Source: Octopus vulgaris
Lineage: Eukaryota
Length of the DNA stretch: 64,000 nt
Assembly: GCA_951406725.2 (NCBI GenBank)
Contig: OX597827.1
Coordinates: 54,002,001-54,066,000 of the forward strand
Direction: 5' to 3'
The translations under genes were made by a program, and so were the position numbers. Each line of letters begins with the position of its first letter. Position 1 is the first letter of the stretch. This document shows, piece after piece, positions 39,390 through 53,450 of the stretch. Below the pieces are notes generated by a model. The model did not search any database, was not told the origin of the DNA, and saw only the letters and a program-made list of their open reading frames with translations.

Positions 39390-40115
39390 TTAGGCCAGCA
39401 ATTTTTGAAGGGTGGTTGATAATGCCCTTGATCTCAGTACTTGACTGGTATTTTATTTTATCAACCCCCAAAGATGAAAGACAAAGTTGACCTTGGCAGA
39501 ATTTGAACTTAGAACTTAACCAACTGGGATAATAAATACTGCAAAGCATTTGTTTGACAATCTTATGATTCAGCTTATGCACTGCCATAATAATAATAAT
39601 AATAATAATATATTAATAATAATGATAATAATAATGATAATAATAATAACAATAACAACAATAACAATAATAATTGTTTCAAATTTTGACACAAGGCCTG
39701 CAATTTCAGGGGAGGAGGTGAGTTGATTACATCAACCCCAGTGCTCGACAGGTACTTATTTTATTGACCCTGAAAAGATGAAAGGCAGAGTCAGCCTTGG
39801 TGGAATTTGAACATGGAACATAAAGTTGGATGAAACGCTAAGCATTTTACCTGGTGTGCTAGTAGTTCTGCCTGCTGTTTCAAATTTTGGCACAAGGGCA
39901 GCAATTGGAGAGTGGGAGGTTGATTACATTGACTCCAATACTTGACTGGTATTTTATTTTATTGACCATGAAAAGATGAAAGACAGAGCTGCACTTAGTA
40001 GTATTTGACCTCAGCATGTAAGATGTTAGAAGCGTTGCTAAGCATATAACATACTTATAAGTCTACCAGCTTGTTGTCTTAATAATAATAATAATAATAA
40101 TAACAACAACAACAA
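39390..40115 (-). mobile_element. Three SINE family A copies embedded in (AAT)n/(AAC)n tracts
   Basis: Family match at ~39390-39588, 39675-39876 and 39877-40080; microsatellites at 39587-39672 and 40081-40115. Confidence 0.85.
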
Positions 40116-41424
40116 TAGAAAAGCTAATACTCTTAGGAAGCCCCGTTATCTACAATGAATATCTTTGAAATAAACAAAAATGGTTTGTAATCACAAATCT
40201 ACATAACCTAAGAGTTTGTGGTCAAATGGATGAGCCTTAAATAAGTTGGTAGACCTGCCAGAAATAGCAGCCAAATTACTGTCAAATTCCATCCTACAAT
40301 TAAAAATTTTTTCAAATGGACATATAAGAGAATATACACTATAATTGAATAAAAAGATGAGATATTCATGGTTAGAACATATATAATCATAAGTTTTCTT
40401 GCTCTGGGTTGACCTGGTTTCTAAACAATGAAATCAGCATAATAAAACAATAATTTAGGAGTTATAGAATGGCTTTAGTTATTAATATTAATAATTAAAT
40501 GATATCCTCTTTTCAGTGTTGTCATATATTGACACACAGAGATATTAAATTATTTAAATTTCATTGAGATATTGTAATAATTCCAAATAAAAGTCATATT
40601 GGAATTCATTATTTCATGTATTAAAATGGTTGTCTATAATGATGTACCATTGAGTTGCTGTTATTGTTTAGCCCAGGTCAGCTCTGACCAAGCAAGCAGA
40701 CCTATGATAAAGACATACCAGCTGTGACCATCTCTTCTTTTATTCAGACTGTATTTAGGACTGTGTCCTCTTTTTAAAGATGATTGTGTATTTGAGGGTG
40801 GTCTGGTTGCTGTTTCTTACAAACCAAGCAATCACTCAAAACTTCATTTTCCCAATCTTTTTTACTCTTAAGAAATCCTTGAAATACACTCCTGTGTTTC
40901 AAAGAACCCATGCATAAAAATTATGATATATTTTTATTACTTGGTTTTTTTTTTTCACTTTCATCAACTTAAGTTTCTCAAGAGAATAAACAAATCACTA
41001 AACTGTCTTGGAAAGTTTTGACAGTGCTAAATTCATCACACGGCATAACAATTTAGTAAATATTATCTAATCAAATCTCATCTAATCAAAGCTTAGACCA
41101 AATTCTTCACTTCTTCCTTATTATGAAGTCCTTCTTTTTGTTATGTCTCCTTACTATGTACAGACAGCTGCCAAGATTTCCTGACCTTATGGAATATGAT
41201 GAATATGCATAACAGAATTATGAATATAGAGTTAAGCACAAAAGTTTCTCTAAAATGCATTTGCATGTAATAGCCTAGCTATCATTATTTCTTAGGGAAC
41301 CCTAGGGTTCTGGGATAACCCAGTTAGGAAATAAATACTGGCTTAGAAGCCCATTCATTAGCCTAATCTATTCTTAATTTAAGGGAACACATCAAAAAGT
41401 ATTTGTAAATGTTTCATATGTTAT

Positions 41425-42520
41425 ACAGGGTGGGGCAGAGAGGATGGACGTTTTTGAAAAATACAAAATCAGTAATTTTAACTGCAGACAAATTTTATTG
41501 ACATCAATGTGTTCGTATTAAATTAACACTTGTCAAAATCAAGTGTGGAAAGCAACATCCACCTTGTGGTGTCTGTTTTCATTGATGCATTTCTGAAGGC
41601 ATTCTTGGAAGTTGGCCTCCACTCTCTCCAGCATTGCTCTCTTGATTTGGGTGGCTTCCACGCAAATAACTTCCTTCAAATCAACCATTGAGGTTAGGGT
41701 GCCAAGGAATGTCAGCAAATTTGAAAATCAGATGGTCACTGAAGAGGGAGCGAAGAATGTCCATTGATGCTCTAGCTGTGTGGGCCATCGCCCCATCCTG
41801 CAGAAACCACACACATCAAATAGGCATACGTTTTCATTGTAATTCAGGCACAAAGAAGTTGTTTATCATCTCGAGTAATACTCAGAGTTCACAGTAACAG
41901 CATTTCCATTACAGTTCGATATTTAAGAGATGAGGAATTATGTACATTATTTACATTCGACGGATATTTGTCCTCATCTTGTTTGTTGTTAACAACAAAC
42001 AAGATGAGGACAAATATCCGTCAAATGAAAATAATGTAAATAATGTAGCATTTCCATTGTCTTCAAAAAAGTAAGGACCAGTGATGGCAACTTTTCCAAC
42101 AGTACACCAGACCATCACTTTTGGGCTGTGCAGTGGTCTTTCATGCAGTTCTCTTGGATTTTCCACATTTTCCAGGGTCCATACTGTTCATGGTACCCCC
42201 ACCAGTCTCCTATTCATTAGTGTACCTCCTGTACAAAGTGCATTCACCCATTGTAAGATTGTGATACAAGTGGGAACAGCCTGATTTCAGAGAATGTTGA
42301 AGTGGTGCTGAAACTCACACTGAACTGCTATGACAGATTCGTTATTCTTCAAATAACTGTCGTAGCAAATATGCAATGCTCTATCGTCCACAGCACCATA
42401 GCTTCACCTGAAAAGAACAAAAATATGCTAAGATACCATGGACCAAGTGGTACCTGTTGGACATATGTCCCGCCCCTTGGGGTTGAGTAATAGCCATTTC
42501 AAAAATGCCTGCCCTCTCAA
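41425..42520 (-). mobile_element. Internally deleted Tc1/mariner transposon (DD41D-like)
   Basis: ta|cagggtggggcagagagg end. Coding traces WTIEHCIFA, ENPRELHERPLHSPKVMVWC..ITGPYFFED and WFLQDGAMAHTARASM..FADIPW. Confidence 0.85.
41911..42046. repeat. 136-bp fold-back insertion with 12-bp TSD
   Basis: TSD agcatttccatt at 41899-41910 and 42047-42058. Perfect loopless palindrome 41959-42022 (32-bp arms), extending to 41943-42038 with 2 mismatches. Confidence 0.92.
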
Positions 42521-45138
42521 TAGTTGAATTCAAAGTGACATTCACTTAAACTGGGAATAAAGTTAGCTAACCCCTAATATTTTACCTATTCCCACTGGGA
42601 GTATTTCTGATGTTGAAAAGATTAGAAATAATCATCCCACCATTCTTACTGCATAAATAGATAGCAATCCCTCTCTCCTTTATTATTAAACTATTGATTA
42701 ATCTCATTTCCCAGTCACTGTTTTGTTTTATGAATATTTTGTCTTTTACTTGTTTTAGTCATTAGACTGTAGCCATGCTGGAGCACCATCTTGAAGATAG
42801 ATAGATAGATAAATGCCCAATAAACACACTCACACACATGCATGCACACACACACAGTGTTTGTATATCAACCTCTGATTCTATTACATATATCAGTTTT
42901 CTCATTTTAATAATTTATATTTTTCACCTTTAATTTACTGAAATAAGAGTAATGTATTTAAATTCAGCTTCTTTTTTTAGCTTTTATACTAACTTTTACG
43001 TAATTTATGTTTTTGTCAAGGAAGAGTGGAAAAATTGAAGGATAGCTACCAGAGAGGTTTTCAGAAAGCTGTAAATTTTCTGCCCTCTTCTCCATTTCGT
43101 CATATTTTTGTTGTGTTGACAAATTTCATCTTTTCTCTATTGTTAGTACTTTAAACATTTAAACACCATTAATTACCAGTTTCTGACACTCAATCCCAGT
43201 TCTCATGTATATTTTCTTTATATGAGACTATTATCTTAATTATTTTTCTAGCAAACCGTATTTGACCTTGATTTTACTAAAATGTTGATATAAATTGTAC
43301 TGCTTATGTGCCATTGTTGTACTAAAAACTCTTTAAATATAGCTTTTAACTATGCTAACTTGTTGACTTTGTCAACTTTATGAGAATTTAAAGTGTAGAT
43401 ACTTACGTGTTCCCTCTACTTAGTTTGTCATTGCAGTTCGGTTGCAAAGTTAATATGTACTTGGTGTTAAATTACTCTTATTCTTTTTCTCTGAACTGGC
43501 AGGCTACCATCCAATTTCTGTCACAGTATTGGGTTAGATTTTTGGGAGTTATTACAGCTATCAGTTAATTATCTTAGTTAAATAGCATCTTTTCAAATTT
43601 GTGCTTGCTTATAAATTTTCAAAATGTCTAAAAGCAAAACTGCCTAATTATTTGATAAAAGAAAAAAAATATGTATTTCAGCACATAAAATAAATGTAAG
43701 GTTTTTGTAATATTGACTGAATTGGTAGGTCATTGAACAAAATGCTTTGCATTATTTGTGTCTCTTTATGTTCTGAGTTCAAATCCTGGTGAGACTGTCT
43801 TTGTTTTCCATCATCTCAAGAGTCAATAAAATAAAGTTTCCATCAAGTATTGAATATATATATATAACCGTCTATATCCCTGCCTCCCCAACAACAAAAA
43901 CATCTGTGGCTTCATGTTTTGCCTACGTTAGAATTAAAGAGTATATATCAAAATAATTCAATTCAGCATTCCTAGCTATATGAATAGTTATGATTGATTT
44001 CAAGAATATATACCAATTAAAAGAAGGAAACATAAAATAATGTTCCAGGACTTTAAAGAGTTCTATACTTCATTTTCTTCATTGCTGTATAATTACTTTT
44101 GTAATTGTGACATTAAGGGGTGTTAGGAAAGAAAAGCAATCTTAAATTGTACGTTTCCCTCTACTTTGTACTATGTATGTCATATAAACCTTTTCTTGCT
44201 CATGGGTGGTAATCACACACAGGATAACTACACGTTGGTTTGAAGGGGATACTTTAATGTTGGGCATTCTACAAATATGCTTCCATAGCAAACTATGAAG
44301 ATTCTATCAAAACCAAATGAATCCCTGCAGCATGAAAAAGTAGATATAAAATAAGCAAATGAATTTGAATATCTCTTTCTCCCAGTCATATAAATTGATG
44401 AAAAATTAAATAATTTCAAAGCATTTATTTTAATCATCGAATGATAATAATTGAAGTTTGTGCTCCAGTAGCCAACTGAATACAAATGTTACATCTCTTA
44501 ATTCAGAAATAGATACCTCTAGTTCTAATCCAATCTAGAACTATGTGTATGTCCAGAAATAAGACACCTGATGACAATTTAAAGATCAAATTGATCAGTA
44601 TAAATTAAAAAAATTTTTTTTTTAATGTTCTGTCTGTAAAGATGAAGTTAAATAGTTAAAAAGAAGCCTAATCTTATTAACAACAACTCATCTCAGATAT
44701 TTAGACATTTAATCAATAATTGAAGTAAGAAAAAATTAAAAATTAAAAAAAATTATTCTTAATATCTTTGCATTCATTTTCTAGGAGAAACCAAAAATAA
44801 ACATAATTTTTCAACTGATCATAGTTTGTTTTGATCAACATCTATAATTACTTTTTCTTTTTATGTGAAATTGCAACCTTAAATTTCTGTCCTTTAATAA
44901 AAAATAAGAAAATAAAAAAAACCAAAACAGATAAAGATGTACATCTAATTTGTTTGGGATAAATAAACCATGCAGGCAGTTTTGGGGAATTATTCTGGAC
45001 AGATATTGCCTTTCAAGAGCTTCAAATGACACAAGTATCTTAGTGCATAGTTTTAAAAAGGAAGTCACTGAATATATGTAGATAGGGATTGCAGTTGTGC
45101 ATGTAGGAAGAGGGAAAGAGTAGGTAGTATTGTTATTT

Positions 45139-46140
45139 TCGAAGAAAATAGGGAAGGCCAACTCTTGGTATGATAGCCACAAATACCAGAGTGTCATGTT
45201 CGTCGACACCACCCCTAGAGGTGAACTGGCATACTGCTTTAGAAGGGCCCTAGACAAACTTAAGCTAAGGATTAAGGTTGTTGAAAAGCCAGGCAACCCT
45301 ATCAAATCCCTAATCAGTAGAACCTACCCTTTTAGTAGAACCCCCTGTACGGATAGGAACTGTACTGTATGTAGATTTAGCCCACAAACAAACTGTAAAG
45401 CCAGAAATGTAGTCTATAGTATAAGATGTACAGAGGCAGTAACAAGACAACGATGCACGTAGGGGAAACGGCACGGAGCATAGGAGAGCGAGTAAATGAA
45501 TATTGGAGAGAACTTAAGGAAGAAAAGAGCTGTATCAGCACGCTGAGCAGGAACATTGGGGCTCACTCAACTACATAGAAGTTAAAATCTTGTCCACACA
45601 TAGAACAGACACAACAATTAGACAAATTACAGAAGCTACACACATAATAGAGGATAAACCTAGCCTGAATAGGAAACTGGAAAGGAACACTAGTACCCCC
45701 TCCCCAACACACCACAACATATAACAGAATAAGATCCCCATACACTGATAACAATATAAACAAAACTAAAAACATAATAAAATACACAGATAAACAAATG
45801 GAATTAAATAACTATATACATTAACAAAATAAAAAAAAAAATTAATTCAATTAAATACAAAAAAAATAATAAGCAGGTGTAAACACATGAACAAAAATAA
45901 ACAAAAACAAATTACAAGAACGTGCATAAACAGGAGATACAAATATTACAGGCACTCCCCCTCCCCCCACTAACTAAACATAGACACACATAGGGGTATA
46001 CGCATGCGAAAATAAAGACACATACAATAGGAATACAAAATGGTTGACCATTAGTAAGGAGAGACACACAAGAAAGAAGAAAGCAAAGGACCACTGATGA
46101 GGTCACAGAAGTGTGACGAAAGAACTCTGGTCAAAATAAG
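45139..46140 (+). mobile_element. 5'-truncated Penelope-like retroelement: linker + GIY-YIG endonuclease (to ~45722) and 3' pseudo-LTR
   Basis: YQSVMFVDTTPRGELA...IKVVEKPG...PF..PC...C.VC......C..RNVVYSIRC / HVGETARSIGERVNEY / LYQHAEQEH...RQITEATHI...PSLNRKLE, across two frameshifts. Hammerhead downstream. Confidence 0.9.
46089..46132 (+). ncRNA. Minimal type I hammerhead ribozyme
   Basis: Stem I GACCA/UGGUC, core CUGAUGA, extra G, stem II GUCACA-gaag-UGUGAC, GAAA, vestigial stem III g-aa-c, CUC triplet. Predicted cleavage after C46127. Confidence 0.88.
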
Positions 46141-46304
46141 ATTAAGATTAATGTAAAAAATAAATGAAGCTGAAGCAAATTAACACCAAATATATAGTGC
46201 ATGTGTTTTTATTGGCTAAACTGGCAACATGACCATTCCTAAATACAACATCTGTTTCAACACACAATTTCACATCAAGAATCTTGCAAAATAAATATAT
46301 AAAC

Positions 46305-46308
<4 letters not shown>

Positions 46309-46351
<43 letters not shown>

Positions 46352-46448
46352 TAATATCTGTAAATGCAATATGTGTCAATTATTCGGCCGAGGTAGAAAT
46401 CCATGCCGCCATCTCTTCAGTTATCCAGCCATCAGAAAAATGCTATAA

Positions 46449-46538
<90 letters not shown>
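46309..46538. repeat. Two (TA)n tracts (46309-46349, 46449-46538)
   Basis: Directly visible. Confidence 0.95.
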
Positions 46539-46541
<3 letters not shown>

Positions 46542-49500
46542 TGTGGAAAAAAGTCTCCCAAAATTTGCAGAGCTCAGATATCATGTCAAACATTATCAGG
46601 TACTGTAACTCGACTATTTGCAAAGTGAAATCACGTTTTCACAATTGTACTAAACAAGGTTTGTGCTGAAATTCACATTTCAATATTAATGGGTTCACTC
46701 GGCCAGCTTTGGCCAGGTTGGTCGTTTGAGTCAAATACTTTATCGGCTGGATGCAGCCGGGCTGGTAACAAAATTATACACTTCTAAAAATATCCAAACT
46801 TCTATAGTTGATTCACACACAGTTAGTTAGAAGGGATGTCACATTAAGTTCATGTTTAATCGACACCATTAGTTGTGGTGCTGGTTAAACATCTAAATTC
46901 ATTATTATTCCGTGAAGTAGCAATTAAATATTTAATAAATACTCATATGATATATGGTCAAAAACAATAGATATGAAAATAATAATTATAAAATGTATTC
47001 CTGTTTTATATGGTATTGCTTGATTATTGACTGTCATCATCAAGTATGAATGTCCAGAGGGTGGACATCTGTGTGTGATTTCTTTAAACACAAGAAGACA
47101 GCAGCAATAGAATTCTTGGATCTGTGCTCAGTGACATGGTTTCCATGGTGATTGAAGATTTCATCAGTTTCAGCTCTATTATCCATAAAATGATGATTGT
47201 GCGCTTCAGTATTTTGCTTCCTAATGATGTGGTCCCAAATTCAATGTCACTCCATGGTACCTTAGGCATGTGTCAGGTTGACCAAAAGCTTTTCTCAGTA
47301 TTTTTGGTGGGCCAAAACTCTGCTTGTCACTATGTGTATAAGCATGTGCACATGCATGTGTAAATATGAGAGAGAAAGAGTGAAAATAAAATAACCAAAC
47401 AAAAGAGTTTCATATAAAAACGGCTTATAGTATTTATTTCCAGACACTTATAAGAAGCTACTGGAGGCAATATAATTAACTAGAACCCTTTAAAGCAATG
47501 CCCCAGCAAGGTCACAGTCTAAAGACTAAAACCAGTAACAGAATAATAGAGAGGCTAAATGAATCAAAGGATATCGACTCAAAATTGTACAAAACAGACA
47601 ATGCAAATAACACCACTGAGCCATAGCTAATTTTAGATAGTTAAACTGAATCAAGAGGTGTTCTGCAGTTTTAAACTTTCTCGTTCTTCAGCTGAGAAAT
47701 CAATATTATCTTATATTCCTTTGTGCTCCATTATAACACAATATCTTCTTTCTTTTATTAAATGTCTGGTTTCATCTCAAGACCAGAAAATACTTTAGTC
47801 TTTCATGGATGATGGTTCCTCAAACCACCAAAGAATGATGCATTACTTCTTATATACTATAACAGAATATATATCATTTTTATCAATAACAAAAGTAGTC
47901 TTTTCAAAAAAAAAAAAAAACTTTCTGCTCCAAATCACTCATAAACAATTTTCATTATATTTTTCCCTGTTTTGGTGCTGTCTTTTCCCATTGCCATTTC
48001 AATTATTATTGCAATCATTTTTGCAGTTTTAAAATTGTTGGCTTCATCTAAATCCTAACATTTCTGTTTAGTCCTCCTTACTTATTATCATCCTTTCCTT
48101 GAAAACCCCGTGCTAACAATATTTCCTCTGCAAAATAGGGATAACAGCAGCCTGTCTGATAAATGAGCCCCATGAGGTGTACCTATCATTAGTCATTTAA
48201 TTTAGAGATAATAGGCCAATGAAAGAAAGACTATTATCTTTGAACAGGCATTAAATGAGAAAAGTAATATGTTGGGAAAAGTGTTGGTGTAAGCTAAATG
48301 TAATGGAACAAAATACTTATGATGACTTCTTGAGAACTGGAAGGTTTAATACCTCTTTCTGGACTCAAAATTTCATCATTGGATGAAATCACTGGTCACT
48401 GTGTGGGATTGAACCTTCCAATTCAAAAGAATATTATTTAATCTGCAAAGGTTTTATTTTTAGAGGTAACAGTACCTACTATACCCTAAGTATTCTACTT
48501 CATATGTGTATGTATGTACATGTGTGTGTGTGTATATATAAATATATATATATATATGTGTGTGTGTGTACATACATACACACATGCGCATCAATCAGCT
48601 AATGATATATTCAATATGTTGTCAGTAATTATTTGTTGGGTATTAGCTGGTTTCATGCTCTCCTTAGGTAATGATATATTCAACATATTTTATTTGTTTT
48701 TATTAATCATTATTTTTCCTTTTTGATACGTTATCTATTACATTAGGTCTTCATTCCCATCTTATAGATACGATATTGCTATTTTTATGAAACTTTGGCT
48801 TCATGTCAGTTGGGTAGGTTCTGGCTTGTGCTTGTGTGTATGTGTGTTTTCAATGAGATTATTTCAAATTTGGATCAGTTCAGCTATACTCTTTTCCAAC
48901 AAATTTGTAACCTTGTGCCAATGCACAAAATCATTATAGTCATTCTGTCATTATTTGGCTTATTCTCAAGTTAGTAGAAAATAAAATACTACTACAAATG
49001 TATAATTGAAATGGTAGTGACATAACATTTTCAGGTCTAAAATTCTTGTCTCAACAACTTGTGCAAATCTCTAAATTTGCAAAGCCATCCAATACATGTC
49101 AACAGATGTGAAATAGCAATATAAATAAAGCTGGAATTGCTGTGAACATTGAACTTCACTGTCCTTGTTGCAGATTCTAAGTCTTACTTGTATGTTTAAA
49201 TCAATGCATAATTTGTTTGTTGGCAATAATTAATAATAATGCTGCACAAAAGCACATGTTTCTTGTTGAGATATCAAGTAACAGAAGAACTACTTGTACA
49301 TATATTTTACACTCAAAGTATCCAAAGACGGTTTTTTTTTTATTCTTGTCTTCCTATAAGACTGTGTCACTTGTTACAGTTTTGCTTTACTATCTCTAAC
49401 TTTTTGTGTTTTACGTTTTATTTATATTTATTTTATAAATTAAACAGTTCTTTTTATACATACTGAATTGTATAAGGAGACAAGTAGGCACGTGTATAAG

Positions 49501-52500
49501 ATTATTTATTGTTCTATACAAAGTCTGCTGTCTTTTGGGGTAAGTTGACTTTTATATTCATATAAGCAGATTTAAACTCTGCTTTTGTTCTGAGTTCAAC
49601 CAGAACTGTAATCCCAATCAAAACAAAGGTACCTGTTGGTGCCTCAAACCAGTGAAAGTGATGTATAATTTTATCTTTAAACTAAAGGCTAGTATTTTTC
49701 TTTTCTTTTTTTTTCCCCTTTTTTTTTTTATATAATGATCCTTCTTAATACAGCTACTTTCACTGGTCTTCTTTCTAAAAGCCAGATAACCTCAATATGC
49801 TTCTGAATACACAATTGTTGTAAGAATTTTCATGATAACATAAAATGCCCAAGGCTTTCAATATGTTATCTTTTAGCTTGTGTATATACAACCTTTTCAG
49901 AAGTAATGTAATCGGTTGAATTCTCTCTCTCTGTCTCTCTCCCTCTTTCCCTCTCATTAAAGTTTCATAAAATTATGAAAACAGTTTATCTTCCAGTTTT
50001 ACTTCGTCTGATTTAAGGTTTTTGATGCCATGAATTTCTTCATGTCTAAGTCTCTTCTTTAAACATAAATTCAATCTCTTTTCATTAAATATATATGAAA
50101 TAGATTTTACAATTAAACAACAAAAGCAAAAGATCTTTTAATTTGTATTAACTAGATTAAAAGTTAATTTATGTTTTAAGAGCATACATTGGTCTTAACT
50201 TTAATTTATTATATTAATTTAACTAAGTGAATAATAGATATCAACCCTGTACCCAGTTAACCACTGGAAACGTTTTTTCCTGGTGAAAATCCGCGACCTA
50301 AGAAGAGTATAGATATATGTGAGTTGTTTAAACACTCTGATGGTATAAAGATTAACTTAATTTCAACTTGTGACAAGATAGAATTAATCTGGCCTATGTC
50401 CTATACAACTATACATCATTCACTAATAAATATTTACATCAAAATTTGGACAATGAGTAATCACAAACTCATTGTGGTAAAGGAGCAAAAAATGTCACTA
50501 GAGTTGGTTGTAGCGTGATTATATCTTGAGATATAATTTTATACAATATATATATATATAATACAATACATATATTATACAATGTGTATGCTTGTAAACA
50601 AGAGGTAAAAGAGATTAATAAATCCAGGCACTCAGTAATAAGTGAATTTGGTTCACTGTATCAAACAATCAAGTACCAATAAATTCAAATAAAATTAACA
50701 TCTAAGGTAAGGTAATTCCTTATGTATAACTCAATCCAAATACTGCTTAGAAGAATTTCAAGAAATCCAGAGTATATAACATGAGCAACAATGGATAAAA
50801 TCACATCTTTAATTGATGATTACACCGTACATTACTGACTACACTAAATTTGAAACAATATGCTCATTAGATTACAGGAAAAGTAATAATAATTCAGGTG
50901 ATTATTATTTATTATTGAAATATTTAAATGTTTTTCTATATTTATGGGAACATTTCATCATAAGACTGGTTCTACAATTCAATAATTTTAACTTTGAAGT
51001 AATTATATCAATATAATATATCTCCTCTTGGCAAAGACCACTTTTAAAATTACCAGTATTGAACAATGGAGCATTGCTAATAATGAACCACTTATATCGT
51101 AGTTAATTTTCCTGTTTTTCAAATCTTGGATGCATTTACTAAGATTTGTAGAATTACATTTCCTCTTAAATTTAAATGGAGCTGTTATGTAATCTAGATT
51201 TCCAAATTGTAGCAGAAGAACCAGTGAAATAATATGTATAATCCTCTGCAATTACCATTTAAACACTGATTTTCTAAAAGACATATAAGTTTGTTTTGAA
51301 ACTACAATGGTATAAGGTGTGTGTGTGTGCGAGTGTGTGTACAACCCCACCACACACATACATACACACACACAACATGGAAACTTCAATAAAAATCAAG
51401 ATATAAAAGATCAAAAGTTACATGACGAAAAATTAAAGCTGACAGATGTACAGAACATTAGCACTTTTTGAACACAAGGTGCTTTGGAGAGCTTTCATGA
51501 ATTGCCTACAGTTCTTTGGAGCTGAAAGATAAAAGATGACAAATGCAATGGGTTTCATTGGATGTTAGAATTATTTTCAATATTAATTCAAAGTAGGTTG
51601 GTGTAGTGGTAAAAATAGTCAGGTACTAGACTTAATGCCTTGCAGCATTTTGTTACATTCCTTACATTCAGGCTAACTTTGCTTTTCATCCTTCAAAGGT
51701 TGATACTAGTTCAAAATGTTAATATATATGTGACAACCTTCACACTGATAACATTAAGAGTGTCATTAAGTTACCATGTTCTTGAGAACATTTTAAATAC
51801 AATTCAGATATTTGGATCTTTATTTTTTTTTTTAATCCCCCAACTAGTTCACTATTTTTGTTCTATTCATATTTTTTTAAATGTAATATGTCAGTACATT
51901 TTGTGTCTCTTGTAAAATGACAGTAATTTCCTAATTTCAGGAAAAGATTCAGACAATTGATATTTTATATTGCACAAAATTCTTTTCCTTTAAATCTTTT
52001 TAAATATTATTTTGACTTTAAAAATATGCTGTTTTACTCTAAAAAAAAAAATTTTTTTTAATTTTTTTTCCATCTATAACATACAGTATTGTGACTTTGT
52101 ACATAGTATAATGTATAAAGTATAGTATTTCATAGTAATAACTAATTTCTTGGTTATTTGTTTTTATTTATTACCATTTCTTAGTAATGTCAACTGTTTT
52201 TTGTTTTAATTGTTGACAACCCTAGTTTTATGTTTACTTTACATGCAGATTTTAGTTTTATCCTCTCACTTCTTTCAACCAAAAGATTTTAATATCCAAA
52301 AATAAGAGAGGTGTTCAGCTGATATATTGGTCCACAGCTCAGAGAGCTAAAGCGATATTTGTAAATAACTGTTAGAGGAAAAAAAATTAAACAAATAAAA
52401 CTTCTTTGGATTTTGAGGAATCCTGCCCACCTCTGTTGGGGCCCAAAAGCAGTTTGTTTCATTTTGCATAATCTTTCTTGGAGGCCTTGGGCATGACTAA

Positions 52501-53067
52501 TACTCATCATGATCCTTTCAAGATGTTGTAGATCTGTAGATTTCACTGACCATATTTCACTACAATATGTTGGTAAAAACATACCAGAATAAATAATAAT
52601 GTATAATACTTTGTTTTTAGTGCTTTATATTATCTGTATTCACATGCTTTTGCAATCAAGTTTGCTTTTTATTCTTCTGAGAGCAATAAAATCAATACCA
52701 GTCATACACTGGGTTTGGTTGTATCGACTGCACCTTCCTTTAAAAGTTCACCCTGTAACCTATGCATGAACCAAATTAGTCACTGCAATACAGATGAATA
52801 TTCCTGATATCAGCATTAAAGAATATGGAATTACCTTGTTACTAAGATATATTGATCGAAATTTCTGCAACGTTTATTTCACTGTTTATTAGGCTGTTGT
52901 ATTAATAAAGTTTCCACTGACCCACGAATAACAAATTATATAGATTTCATTATAGCTTCTCTGTATTTGCCATGTGCTACTTTATCTCAATGTTCTAGCA
53001 CACTAATAACATGAAACCTTATTAGACCAGCTACACTAGACTACCAAATATGTATGGAATTTGTATA

Positions 53068-53450
53068 GGTGCAAGAGTGGTTGAGTAGTATGAAGCTTGC
53101 TTCCCAACCACATGGTTCTGGGTTCAGTCCCACTATGTGGCACCTTGGGCAAATGTCATCTACTATAGCCTTGGGCCGACCAAAGCTTTTGAGTAGATTT
53201 GGTAGACGGAAACTGAAAGAAGCCTGTTGTATATCTATGTATATGTGTATGCATGTGTGTTTGTCCTCCCACCATCGCTTGATAACTGATGTTGGTGTGT
53301 TTACATCCCCATAACTTAGTGGTTTGGAAAGAGAGACAGATAGAAACCAGGCTTGCAAAGAATAAGTACAAGGGTCAGTTTCTTTGACTAAAAGCAGTGC
53401 TCCAGCATGGCTGCAGTCAAATGACTGAAACCAGTAAAAGAATAAAAGAA
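53068..53450 (+). mobile_element. Full-length tRNA-derived SINE, family B
   Basis: ggtgcaagagtggttgagtagt (A box), gggttcagtccc (B box), caccttgggcaaatgtc, tail gactgaaaccagtaaaagaataaaagaata. Confidence 0.9.

Noticed and set aside
43021-43070. Candidate exon 2 after a T-rich tract (RRVEKLKDSYQRGFQKA)
   Set aside because: Open in phase 1, but weak AAG acceptor and weak donor, with no recognisable protein.
44560-44610. acacCTGATGAcaattt...aaattg hammerhead-like start
   Set aside because: No GAAA after the putative stem II and no stem I partner.
46380-46440. Minus-strand CTGAAGA...ggccGAAT motif between TA tracts
   Set aside because: Stem II pairs poorly and the GAAA box and stem I are not satisfied; at best an unrecognisably decayed repeat.
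46744-46770. Hairpin cggctg-gatg-cagccg as a third Helitron 3' end
   Set aside because: Followed by ctggt rather than CTAG|T, and no clear 5' TC end.
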